Virus record (IMG/VR): IMGVR_UViG_3300042992_001693
Location: 1 to 64,000 of that record
DNA length: 64,000 nucleotides
DNA from: a virus
Lineage: Duplodnaviria; Caudoviricetes
Strand: one strand, 5' to 3'
The notes under the pieces are model-generated. The model was not told the origin of the DNA and made no database searches. It saw nothing but the letters and a program-made list of their open reading frames with translations. Shown piece by piece: positions 7,510-16,030 of the stretch (position 1 is the first letter of the stretch; each line of letters begins with the position of its first letter). The translations under genes were made by a program, and so were the position numbers.

Positions 7510-7614
7510 GTTTATGTTTTTTTGATCAGCTTTTTAAGAGGCCAACTGATCAACCTCTACATGCTAGTTGAATGCTTATCAATACAGTCGAAACCAGAAC
7601 GCGCCCGATAAAAT

Positions 7615-7692
7615 TGGTTGCGGGTTTCGGAATTGCACCGAAACTACTTCTGCTTATGAGACAGATCCAGCACTACTACTGGTTGACCCGCG
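7615..7692 (-). tRNA. trnM: tRNA-Met(CAT), initiator-like acceptor
   Basis: C1:A72 mismatch (CGCGGGT/ACCCGCA-A-CCA), TCTGT-CTCATAA-GCAGA (lacks the three GC pairs), unusual TGCAATT T-loop. Confidence 0.85.
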
Positions 7693-7703
7693 ATTGAAAA
7701 TTA

Positions 7704-7816
7704 TGCCGACTAGAAAGGCGACTATAATATGTTCCCTTACTCACCCGCATACGCAGTTCTGCAAGTCATTTATATTATAGTACAGGGCATGAAGCCCTTT
7801 AACCTTAATAGCGGCA
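7704..7816 (-). ncRNA. candidate structured RNA E (~113 nt)
   Basis: closing TGCCG-CTA/TAG-T-CGGCA, AAGG/CCTT, GGGC-TTCAT-GCCC, CTATAATAT/ATATTATAG; sits between two tRNAs with tRNA-like short spacers. Confidence 0.5.
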
Positions 7817-7819
7817 AAT

Positions 7820-7894
7820 TGGTACTTGCATGGAGAATCGAACTCCAATTGTACGGATGAAAACCGTAAGTCCTAACCGTTAGACGATGCAAGC
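7820..7894 (-). tRNA. trnE: tRNA-Glu(TTC)
   Basis: GCTTGCA/TGCAAGT acceptor, TACGG-TTTTCAT-CCGTA, GAGTTCGATTCTC, CCA. Confidence 0.95.
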
Positions 7895-7990
7895 TATAAA
7901 ACTTAAATTTTTTCTGTCAAAGAACTTTGATTATTGATTCGCTTTCGAATCAACCATCAAGACAATCGATTCGATTGAAGTGATGCAAGA

Positions 7991-8018
7991 ATCATAACAT
8001 ATTTATCTTACATGTCAA
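7991..8018 (-). promoter_or_regulatory. sigma70-like promoter heading the RNA cluster
   Basis: TTGACA-N16-TATGAT, followed by a leader hairpin TTGATTCG-AAAG-CGAATCAA (7934..7953). Confidence 0.65.
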
Positions 8019-8174
8019 ATTAAATTTTGTCTTTCCATAATAAATACAAAGGCCAAATTAAAAAAAAGAATCCCCATAAAGTCTCATCCATTTTTTTATG
8101 ATACAAAGAATAAAACAAACCGATTGTGTGAATGACACACATAGCTTTTAAATAAAATGTAACAGCGTCCATGG

Positions 8175-8582
8175 TTATTTTCCTTTATAGACATAAAAGT
8201 CTCCATCAAAAAACCAAACTTTTCTATTTCCAACTTGTTCAAGGATGCATTCACAATTTGCACAAGGTTTTGAAATTGCTGGTTTATCATTGTTGTCGAT
8301 CCTAACATTAACAAATGTTATATCACTACAATCTTCAACTCCTAATTTAATTAAACAGGAAATTTCAGAATGGATACCTGCTGTATAATTTGAATTAAGA
8401 TCTTTTGTTGGTTCATACACACCAAATTTATGATGAGGATGAAGCTTATTGTAATTATTATATCCAATGGCAAGCATTTTATTTCCTTTAAAAGCAAACG
8501 TGGTGTGAAAACACTTACCAGTTTGTTTTGTAGGTTTTAATGCTCTTGTAATTTCTTCTAATCTTTTGAAATTAATAGCCAT
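8175..8582 (-). CDS. Zn-dependent cytidine/dCMP deaminase-fold protein
   Basis: IHSEISC ... SKPCANC (HxE...PCxxC). Confidence 0.8.
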   Translation of the reverse strand: MAINFKRLEEITRALKPTKQTGKCFHTTFAFKGNKMLAIGYNNYNKLHPHHKFGVYEPTKDLNSNYTAGIHSEISCLIKLGVEDCSDITFVNVRIDNNDKPAISKPCANCECILEQVGNRKVWFFDGDFYVYKGK

Positions 8583-8856
8583 TGGGTATTAACTTATAAA
8601 CATCAAATACCGTGTTGGATGTGTTTCCAGATGTTTCTTTAATCAAATCACACTCACCATATACTTGTACAAGATTTTTAATTCTTTCTTCAAGAATATG
8701 TGCGTTGATTTTTTTATCAGAATTTAATTTGCAATGATGAATTGACAAATAACAAGTATCATCATACTCCACCAATTCTGTCAAAGGATGCAAACATTCA
8801 TAGTCTGATACAAAATCTTTGATGATGTTGTTGATTTCTTCTGGTGTGATTTTCAT
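8572..8856 (-). CDS. hypothetical protein
   Basis: 94-aa ORF overlapping neighbours. Confidence 0.6.
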   Translation of the reverse strand: MKITPEEINNIIKDFVSDYECLHPLTELVEYDDTCYLSIHHCKLNSDKKINAHILEERIKNLVQVYGECDLIKETSGNTSNTVFDVYKLIPNGY

Positions 8857-9179
8857 TATAGTGCTGTATATTCTTCAGTAAATTCAATTCTGACATTTTC
8901 CCTTGGAACGTCTTTGAAATAATTCAAAGCTCTAGCTTCAACAGAACGAAACCTATCAAAGATTAATTCACGAGTTGCAGGAACTTTAGGAAGAGTGAAT
9001 CCTTTCTCAGACAATGCGCGATTAAGAGCGATTTTCATTGCTGTTTCTTTGTCATAATTGTCATGTGGACTGCACAAAGAATAACCATAATAAACTTGAT
9101 CGTTTTCTTTTACAGCTACCACAACACCACGTGGGTTGTACTTATCATCTCTGATATATTCTTTAATCATTGTTTGCAT
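8856..9179 (-). CDS. hypothetical protein
   Basis: 107-aa ORF; AAAAACTA-TTA-TATACT-N6-ATG upstream. Confidence 0.7.
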   Translation of the reverse strand: MQTMIKEYIRDDKYNPRGVVVAVKENDQVYYGYSLCSPHDNYDKETAMKIALNRALSEKGFTLPKVPATRELIFDRFRSVEARALNYFKDVPRENVRIEFTEEYTAL

Positions 9180-9214
9180 AAATTCAGTATATAATAGTTT
9201 TTTATTAGTTGAGT

Positions 9215-9255
9215 TAGGGAGTGAGAAGCAATAATCCGACTGTTCTCACTCCCTA
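9215..9255. repeat. 13-bp perfect stem-loop downstream of rIIB
   Basis: TAGGGAGTGAGAA-N15-TTCTCACTCCCTA, no U-tract. Confidence 0.7.
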
Positions 9256-9265
9256 TCATCATCAT

Positions 9266-10264
9266 TCACAAAATAACAAGAGTCACGCCATCGATTTCGT
9301 CCCAGTATTCATTGAGTTCTTGAAGAGCATCCAACACTTCTTGTTTTGATGGATATTCTGGAGAGAAACTATTTTGAATTTGTCTGACACTAACATCATC
9401 ATATCCTTCATCGCGTTTGTTGTTGAGATATTTTTCAACTCTCTCCACAAAAGCTGTGCGTTCTTTTGCAAAGTTTGGCACGAGATTATCATTACCTTCT
9501 CCATCAGTCACCGAAGATTCGATTTCATATTCATAATCAGAAACGACCTCGTATGCTGATACTCGACACTTTTGGCAATTGTAATCAGTTGGAACGCTAA
9601 CAACATCTTTAGGGTTGACTTTGACTACGACTACTCTCTGTCCGAAAGAACGAGCATAATCAAGAGAACCAACATGCAAACCGAAACTACAATGATTGTT
9701 TCTATTGTCATCTACATTGCGGCGTTTGACTTCAATCTTGGAACCAACACCGTTGAAAATCTTACCGTCTGTTGTTGTAATACCTTGAACAACGACAGTT
9801 TTAGGATTACCATGAATGCTGTAATAATGTTCTGATACACCTTTGTATGCAAGAAAGCAACCATCATCTGTAATTGGAAGTTCTTTGTATTCAAGAAACT
9901 CCATAAGCTCATCAACAGAACTTGAGGCAGGATTATCTTCAAGATTATTCCAGAATTTAGTGAAATGTTCAAGAGGAAGATCATCACGAACAATGCTTTC
10001 TACCTTTTGAGATAGTGCTGGAGGCAATGCTTCTCCGTTGTAATAAACTTGATCTTCAATGATTTCAAATCCTTCTACTTTATCAATAGATTCAAGAGTG
10101 AAATCAATTGGATACAAAATTTCATTGATAGCATCTTCTTGCTCATCACTTGGAAGAGTGAAAGATTTAATGATTTTTGGATATTTACGATCTGTCTTTT
10201 CAACACGAACTGAACCATTGTTGATAAACAAAATAATTGCGGATTGGTTGATGATGTATGTCAT
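9266..10264 (-). CDS. rIIB: rIIB-like protein
   Basis: DGCFLAYKGV, GLHVGSLDYA, VKVNPKDVVSVPTDYNCQKCRV; directly downstream of rIIA. Confidence 0.85.
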   Translation of the reverse strand: MTYIINQSAIILFINNGSVRVEKTDRKYPKIIKSFTLPSDEQEDAINEILYPIDFTLESIDKVEGFEIIEDQVYYNGEALPPALSQKVESIVRDDLPLEHFTKFWNNLEDNPASSSVDELMEFLEYKELPITDDGCFLAYKGVSEHYYSIHGNPKTVVVQGITTTDGKIFNGVGSKIEVKRRNVDDNRNNHCSFGLHVGSLDYARSFGQRVVVVKVNPKDVVSVPTDYNCQKCRVSAYEVVSDYEYEIESSVTDGEGNDNLVPNFAKERTAFVERVEKYLNNKRDEGYDDVSVRQIQNSFSPEYPSKQEVLDALQELNEYWDEIDGVTLVIL

Positions 10265-10270
10265 AGTATT

Positions 10271-10298
10271 ATTATAGTTTGTTTGTTTGTTTTGTCAA
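10271..10298 (-). promoter_or_regulatory. sigma70-like promoter of rIIB
   Basis: TTGACA-N16-TATAAT-N6-ATG. Confidence 0.7.
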
Positions 10299-10321
10299 TG
10301 AGATTGTATTTTAGTTTTTTA

Positions 10322-12202
10322 TTAATCTTTTATCAGAAGGAGTTTACGAAGATCGCGTCTATCCAATGGTGATCCATATCGAGACACACTGTTGTAAATA
10401 CGACTTCTGGTAGAATTTTCTGCTCTAATGTTTGTCATGATCTTTTTGATCTTTTCAATTTTATCTGGATACCTTTTGAGATGTTTAAGAACAGTTGGGT
10501 TGATATTAATTGCATTGCATGTGCATGTCAAATCATATTCAATGCTTCTTTGTTTTTTCTGAAATTCTTCAAGATTTTTAAGTCTGGTGTGTGCGTTTTT
10601 GTATTCAGTGGAATCTGGATGCAACCAACCCAAATCATGAAGTTGATCTACCATTTTTTTACTTTTGCTTGATACACAGTAAGGATCATTGTTTGTGTAC
10701 TCATTATTATGATAAATTGTACGATGAAAAAGGTGATTAATACAATCAATTGTTTCGTGCCAATTTGAATCAGAGATTTCTCCAAACTTATTGTCTACAT
10801 ATTCTTCAAACTCTTCACTGGTAAAAGAACCAAGTTTATTGTAACGACTGAATACGTTATATTTCATCAAAGTTTTATTTTTCTCAAGCTTTGGAAGCTT
10901 CATCTTTTTAACATCAATGATCTCAATGTCTGAAGTGTCAACATTACAAGAGTTTGAATCGAGCGGTGATTCATCTTGAATATAAACAAAACCGTGGTAA
11001 TTTGCAAAACCTGCAAGATGTTTTGCTAGACGCAACTTCCAATTTTTTAAATTTTTAATATTTGGAAGTTTATAAATTGGAAGCTTACCATTAGAGTATT
11101 CAAGATTATTTAAATATGCAACTTCATATGCTTTTATACTCATTAATGCCGCATGGGTTTCTGGAATATATTCAGACATGGCATAAGTAAACCAATCATC
11201 CTCGAAATACTTTGAAGTTTTGCTTTTGACATATTCACCCAGAGGTTTAGGAACAATTTTACTGATTTGTTCATTCTTAAAAGTTTCGATATGTGACACA
11301 ATATCGTTGATAACTTTTTGATTGTTTGGTGTATCTTCTATGCTTTCTCTTGAAATTGGAATGCTGAGTTTTCCAATTGGAACATCGACAACATATATGT
11401 TTTCATTATTAAAAGTGCAGAATCGAATGGGAATCTTTTTATATACCACACCTCCCATACGAATATAAATGTGATTATAATCATAATCTTGATGAGATTT
11501 TTTATATTGATGCATTCCATATTCTCCCAGTTTGACAGAATGAATCGGTGAATCTGGAACTACAGTTTCAGAGTTATCAGAAAGAAACTCAATCTTTGTA
11601 TCATGGTGTAGATTTTTAACAAATTTGGAAGTTGTATTCCTAAATGAATATGAATCACTGTCTGATACTTCAAAAGAAATTTCAATTCCACTTTCGTTTG
11701 TAGGTTCTTCAGAGATCTTAAAAATCTCTCCGATTGGAACACCTTTGTCTCCTCCACCAAGAACGCATGCATACACACTACAAACACCGTTGTAATAAGA
11801 GTTGATGTAAAATGTATCGGTATATGAATGTGCCGCTTTTGAACCAATACCAAAACCACCTACATATTCATTGGAATGGTTTTTGGTGCTTTCGAAATAC
11901 ATTCCAAAAATGTTACGAACACCATGTTCATCCAAACCTTTAGCGTAATCTCTAACGCTCCAAGTTTTGGTATTTTTTACTGTTTTGATTGCAACAACAA
12001 CTGGACGATCAATCTCGTACTTTTTGTGTTCATCAACAGCATTGCAAATATATTCGCGAACGCATGCAAGAATTTTATCATTGTAAATCTTGTCACGCAG
12101 GAAGTATGCGGCAATGTCCATGCCTTTGGCAGACATTCCCATGGTGCTTTTTTGAAGCGAGTCTGATGCGATTGTTGGTGATGTTGTAATTCCAATTTTC
12201 AT
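10322..12202 (-). CDS. rIIA: rIIA-like protein (GHKL ATPase N-domain)
   Basis: REYICNAVD, VRDYAKGL, STK..SNEYVGGFGIGSK, LSIPISRESIE. Confidence 0.85.
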   Translation of the reverse strand: MKIGITTSPTIASDSLQKSTMGMSAKGMDIAAYFLRDKIYNDKILACVREYICNAVDEHKKYEIDRPVVVAIKTVKNTKTWSVRDYAKGLDEHGVRNIFGMYFESTKNHSNEYVGGFGIGSKAAHSYTDTFYINSYYNGVCSVYACVLGGGDKGVPIGEIFKISEEPTNESGIEISFEVSDSDSYSFRNTTSKFVKNLHHDTKIEFLSDNSETVVPDSPIHSVKLGEYGMHQYKKSHQDYDYNHIYIRMGGVVYKKIPIRFCTFNNENIYVVDVPIGKLSIPISRESIEDTPNNQKVINDIVSHIETFKNEQISKIVPKPLGEYVKSKTSKYFEDDWFTYAMSEYIPETHAALMSIKAYEVAYLNNLEYSNGKLPIYKLPNIKNLKNWKLRLAKHLAGFANYHGFVYIQDESPLDSNSCNVDTSDIEIIDVKKMKLPKLEKNKTLMKYNVFSRYNKLGSFTSEEFEEYVDNKFGEISDSNWHETIDCINHLFHRTIYHNNEYTNNDPYCVSSKSKKMVDQLHDLGWLHPDSTEYKNAHTRLKNLEEFQKKQRSIEYDLTCTCNAININPTVLKHLKRYPDKIEKIKKIMTNIRAENSTRSRIYNSVSRYGSPLDRRDLRKLLLIKD

Positions 12203-12244
12203 AGTTTGTGTTTGATGATGGCACTAGTTTAATCTAGTTTCTTA

Positions 12245-13171
12245 TTAATATGATTTGAAATTTTCAGATAATATTTTGACGATAGATTTGTCTTTTGCTT
12301 TAAGTTCAACTTCCCAAATACAATCAAGGTTATTTGAAACCACGTTTGGAATGTGAGAAGCATAATCAGTGTGTGATTTGGTGTTGTTGATACCTTCACT
12401 CCAATGCATTACAGGAGTATATGATTTCCATGTGTTTTTAAAATCATTCATATAACAACGATTAGATGGGTTTATTGCATCATGGAGATTGTCAAACACG
12501 CAAGGCAACAAGCTACCAAACACATTGAAAACATTTTCTGAATTCCAATAACCATTGTCTTCATTCTCAACAACTAATCGTTTTTGAACACCAACGTCAC
12601 AACGAGAAAGATTACTCATGAATCTCTGACAGTATTGTTCAATTGTTTCAACTTCTAAGTTTGGATTTTTACTCACATGCAAACACATGGGAGTGTTGTG
12701 ATCTTGAGAACACCCCATCAAATCAAGAACATAAGATTGGTGATTAAGTTCACAAATAGATTTATCAACAACAGCATCAGTATATGATGATAGCACATTA
12801 AATTGATCTGGATGAGAAGATATAGTAATGCCGATTTTTCTAGCGTGATCACCAGCAAGCAATAGCATATTTTTAATTTGCTCAAAATCTGGTAGATCAT
12901 TGTAATTTAAATCGAGAGTGCTGTCTGTAATTAAAGGAAATAGATTGGATGATACACGATAATGTGATATACCAACAGAAGCACAATGAACAATAATTTG
13001 CGCTGTGATTTTAGAATTATGAAGGATGCGAGATGATAATTCTTTGATAGCAATGTGTCTTTGCATACTGACAAATTGCTTTCGTGTCATGGTCTTGAAT
13101 GCGGTTTTTTTATTTTTATCTTTCAGCAATTCGCTGATGCATACAAGTCCAAGTTTTGGTGTTGCTGTCAT
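12245..13171 (-). CDS. uvsE: UV damage repair endonuclease (UVDE)
   Basis: LGLVC, YRVSSNLFP, SSHPDQFNVL, LVVENED, FDNLH, MHWSE, HTDY, EVELKAKD. Confidence 0.9.
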   Translation of the reverse strand: MTATPKLGLVCISELLKDKNKKTAFKTMTRKQFVSMQRHIAIKELSSRILHNSKITAQIIVHCASVGISHYRVSSNLFPLITDSTLDLNYNDLPDFEQIKNMLLLAGDHARKIGITISSHPDQFNVLSSYTDAVVDKSICELNHQSYVLDLMGCSQDHNTPMCLHVSKNPNLEVETIEQYCQRFMSNLSRCDVGVQKRLVVENEDNGYWNSENVFNVFGSLLPCVFDNLHDAINPSNRCYMNDFKNTWKSYTPVMHWSEGINNTKSHTDYASHIPNVVSNNLDCIWEVELKAKDKSIVKILSENFKSY

Positions 13172-13201
13172 GCAACTATGGTAATTTAGTTTTTTATAAA
13201 T

Positions 13202-13237
13202 AAAAAAAGCGGGTGTCTAGTTAATAGACACCCGCTT
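13202..13237 (-). terminator. Rho-independent terminator
   Basis: AAGCGGGTGTCTA/TAGACACCCGCTT stem followed by a T run on the minus strand. Confidence 0.8.
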
Positions 13238-13248
13238 ATTAATAACTA

Positions 13249-13551
13249 TCAGAGAGCAATCAGACGATTGTTTCTGAGTTCGCAAGCAAAGTCACGAGTA
13301 TCAACATTGACCCAGCTGTGGGTGTGTTGATTCTTGCGTTCAAGAACCAATGTTTCTCCTCCAAGCATCATAAAAGATCCATCTGGATTTTGAATGAACT
13401 TAGCTGAAAAAATCTTAGGATTCTTTCGTTGGTTGCGATTACGGAGCCATTGCTTGTTTTTTCTTGTCATGTTTGTGTCGGTATTACTCATATTATTATG
13501 TCGGTTGTTTGTTGTTTGTTGTTTATTCTGGATCTTGTCCATTTGGTCCAT
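13249..13551 (-). CDS. basic hypothetical protein
   Basis: ORF ends just before the terminator; true start probably at MSNTD. Confidence 0.6.
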   Translation of the reverse strand: MDQMDKIQNKQQTTNNRHNNMSNTDTNMTRKNKQWLRNRNQRKNPKIFSAKFIQNPDGSFMMLGGETLVLERKNQHTHSWVNVDTRDFACELRNNRLIAL

Positions 13552-13741
13552 TTTCTAGGAAGTGTTCAACTTCAAGAACACACACCAAAGAGTCTATCTG
13601 TTTTTTCAAATTTGTCAATAGCTTTTGTTTTTTTACAACTGATTCGTAGCAAGCTACTTCCATATTCATCACATCATTAAATTGCTGTTCTGTAATTTTT
13701 ATTTGCTCGTCGATTTCTTCTTCGGTCATGTCGTACTTCAT
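13523..13741 (-). CDS. small coiled-coil hypothetical protein
   Basis: 72-aa ORF. Confidence 0.55.
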   Translation of the reverse strand: MKYDMTEEEIDEQIKITEQQFNDVMNMEVACYESVVKKQKLLTNLKKQIDSLVCVLEVEHFLENGPNGQDPE

Positions 13742-13776
13742 TGTATGTTAGTTTTTTATTAATTTATTTTAACAAC

Positions 13777-14010
13777 TTAATTATTATTTTTTGCTTTTTT
13801 TATTATATCATCAATGCCTTGAATGATTTCGACAACATCAGAATTCTCAAATACCAAAAGTTTTGGAACTCCTTTGATTTGATGTTTTTTAAAGAACTCA
13901 AAGTCTTCTTCAAATTCTACAGTTTCCAATTCGATGTTATCTTTTTTTAATTTACTTTTCAACATGTGACATGGGCCACATGTTTTTGATGTTGCTAAAA
14001 CAAGTTTCAT
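13777..14010 (-). CDS. glutaredoxin/NrdH-like redoxin
   Basis: CGPC active site, IKGVPKL. Confidence 0.85.
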   Translation of the reverse strand: MKLVLATSKTCGPCHMLKSKLKKDNIELETVEFEEDFEFFKKHQIKGVPKLLVFENSDVVEIIQGIDDIIKKAKNNN

Positions 14011-14041
14011 TTAATCTATGATATTAAAAATAAATGATATG

Positions 14042-14491
14042 TCAATCTTTTTTCCAAGTATAAAAAATCTGCCAATCTTCACTCACTGCAAAATGAACTT
14101 CATCATCCCAATCCCATTCATGATCATAAATTCCAGTGTCCTTATCGTATTCATCTTTCACACACTCTGGTAGATTTAAAAATGGGGTATCTTCATCGTA
14201 ATAACAATATTTTGCGATATACTCGTTCAATTGTTGATAATCATCATAGTATTCTGTATCTTCTGGATCACCGATATGTCTTTCAAGAATAGATTCTACA
14301 GATTCTTGATATTCATCGAGTTGTAAAACAGCATAATAGTCTGAATAGCACCCGCCACCTTCATAACCATAAGCGGCAATAATGACTTTATCGTCATCTA
14401 AAACTTTTTTTGCCATTGCGAGACGGAGAGTATTATCACCCTCGTCAAAATTGCGGGTTTTTTCTCTTACTGCTAAAAATTGTATGTTCAT
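14042..14491 (-). CDS. acidic hypothetical protein
   Basis: 149 aa; promoter motif 6 nt upstream. Confidence 0.65.
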   Translation of the reverse strand: MNIQFLAVREKTRNFDEGDNTLRLAMAKKVLDDDKVIIAAYGYEGGGCYSDYYAVLQLDEYQESVESILERHIGDPEDTEYYDDYQQLNEYIAKYCYYDEDTPFLNLPECVKDEYDKDTGIYDHEWDWDDEVHFAVSEDWQIFYTWKKD

Positions 14492-14516
14492 ATATTGATT
14501 GTATGTTAGTTTTTAA

Positions 14517-15188
14517 TTAGTTAAATCTCAACACATCACGTTGCATCATTATAGCATTTGCCTCTAAACGATACCTTTCAGCAGTCTCTCTCGCTTCATC
14601 GCGTTCACGTAATGCTTCTACTCTTTCTACCTTGGCTTGTATCCATGCTTCTTGAGTAATTTTCAAATCGCTTAATGCTTCATCGCGTTGCTCCTGCATA
14701 CGATGTTCACGTAGCACGGCAGTTTCATAATTGTCAACTGCTTCGTTGCGCTGACGCTCTGCGGCATGAAGCTCTGCAAGGCGGTCGGTTGCCGACATGT
14801 CGAAAACGTCTCGACTATCCCGCTTGAGAATTGCGGCGACAATTGAAGCGAGATTGTGACTTGTCTCGTTGCGTTGCTCTGTCACGGCGGCGAGTTCGCG
14901 TTCGAGATTTTCTCGCTCAGTTGTTTCTTCGGCGAGTGCTTTCGCTAAGTCGCCAATCATCTCAGGTAGGTTCTCCGCTGTGTGCGTTGGAATGTAGCCG
15001 ACTGGCATGGCTGACAAGCATTGCTTCAATAGGTTTTGCGCCTCAGCAAGGTTGCGTTCTAATTTGCAACCTTCTCGATAACATTGATCGAGTTGCCAAT
15101 TCATCCTTGGGGTTGTGGATGTGGGTTGATTGAATGCTGAATCCATTCGTGGAGTATCACTCATCACTCTCTCCTTCCCATTTTCCAA
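14517..15188 (-). CDS. coiled-coil mosaic hypothetical protein
   Basis: repeated ERELA/EQRNE/EQRDEA heptads; central part visibly GC-richer than the flanks. Confidence 0.65.
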   Translation of the reverse strand: MENGKERVMSDTPRMDSAFNQPTSTTPRMNWQLDQCYREGCKLERNLAEAQNLLKQCLSAMPVGYIPTHTAENLPEMIGDLAKALAEETTERENLERELAAVTEQRNETSHNLASIVAAILKRDSRDVFDMSATDRLAELHAAERQRNEAVDNYETAVLREHRMQEQRDEALSDLKITQEAWIQAKVERVEALRERDEARETAERYRLEANAIMMQRDVLRFN

Positions 15189-15411
15189 TAACTTTTAGAT
15201 ATACTACTGCGCATGCACGGATATATTTCTTAAACTGATTGTCAGTTAAATTATCTTCAGCTTCAACCAATACATTTGCAAGATTAAACAGCAGTCCATT
15301 CTGTGGGTGTTTTATCCATCTCCTACTAGAGTCCCAATCTTTAGCTTCCTCTGGATTACAATCCCAGCCGCAATGTTCAGCAATAATTATTTTCAGTTGT
15401 TCGTCAGTCAT
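15157..15411 (-). CDS. truncated member of the MTDEQIN family
   Basis: MTDEQLKIIIAEHCGW...EAEDNLT...YLKVIGKW, like 26077 and 26433. Confidence 0.6.
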   Translation of the reverse strand: MTDEQLKIIIAEHCGWDCNPEEAKDWDSSRRWIKHPQNGLLFNLANVLVEAEDNLTDNQFKKYIRACAVVYLKVIGKWEGESDE

Positions 15412-15414
15412 AAT

Positions 15415-15684
15415 TTATGGATAGTATGAACCGTGTTCTGATTTTGGCCAGACAACCTCTGGACCTTTTCTGTTAATTTTTAGAACTTCTTCAATCTCTT
15501 GATAAACTTCGAGAGCCTCTTCAAAGGTATCCCAACTCAACCCCCTGCCATAAAACTCAGAATCGATATCATACGGTACAATATCGTGCCACCCGAATAA
15601 CCATTTTCTTTGAATGTAATACTTCGCTTTAGCTAGGCGAGAGTTTCTATGACGAGATTCCTTTACGATTCTGAATTTTGGCAT
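15415..15684 (-). CDS. hypothetical protein (FRIV...K.LFGW family)
   Basis: FRIVKE...YYIQRKWLFGW. Confidence 0.6.
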   Translation of the reverse strand: MPKFRIVKESRHRNSRLAKAKYYIQRKWLFGWHDIVPYDIDSEFYGRGLSWDTFEEALEVYQEIEEVLKINRKGPEVVWPKSEHGSYYP

Positions 15685-15701
15685 ATGTTTTGTTTATTGT
15701 A

Positions 15702-16019
15702 TCAAGACTCTTTTTTCTTACGAGCGGGTTTTTTCTTTGCTGGTTCTGTGGATGTTTTAGATTTACGAGCGGCTTTTTTCTTTGCTGGTTCTTCGGGCGT
15801 TTTAGCTTTACGAGTACGCTTAGGCTTACTTGTTTTATTTTCCATCTTCTCTTCTTTATAAGTCACATCATAGTCGATGATGCTATCGGCTTCACATCCC
15901 TCCGAGTAATCTTTAGGATTGTAAAAATAACAAACAAACGCTCTTATTGCAACAAACAGTATTGAAAAAATAACTGATGTCCATATGCCGATTTCGATTA
16001 TATTAGTTAATGTATTCAT
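15702..16019 (-). CDS. membrane-anchored protein with Lys-rich histone-like tail
   Basis: N-terminal hydrophobic helix; tail with two EPAKKKxARK repeats. Confidence 0.65.
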   Translation of the reverse strand: MNTLTNIIEIGIWTSVIFSILFVAIRAFVCYFYNPKDYSEGCEADSIIDYDVTYKEEKMENKTSKPKRTRKAKTPEEPAKKKAARKSKTSTEPAKKKPARKKKES

Positions 16020-16030
16020 ATTTTTTGTAA

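Larger units (their letters stand above)
7008..7606 (-). ncRNA. ssrA: tmRNA (one-piece), interrupted by a group I intron in the T-loop
   Basis: 5' GGGCGCGTTCTGGTTTCGAC; G3:U70 Ala acceptor GGGCGCG/CGCGTCC-A-CCA; tag ORF ending LALAA-TAA; T-arm AGGAG-TTCAACT-CTCCT restored when 7024..7233 is removed (389 nt mature). Confidence 0.95.
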
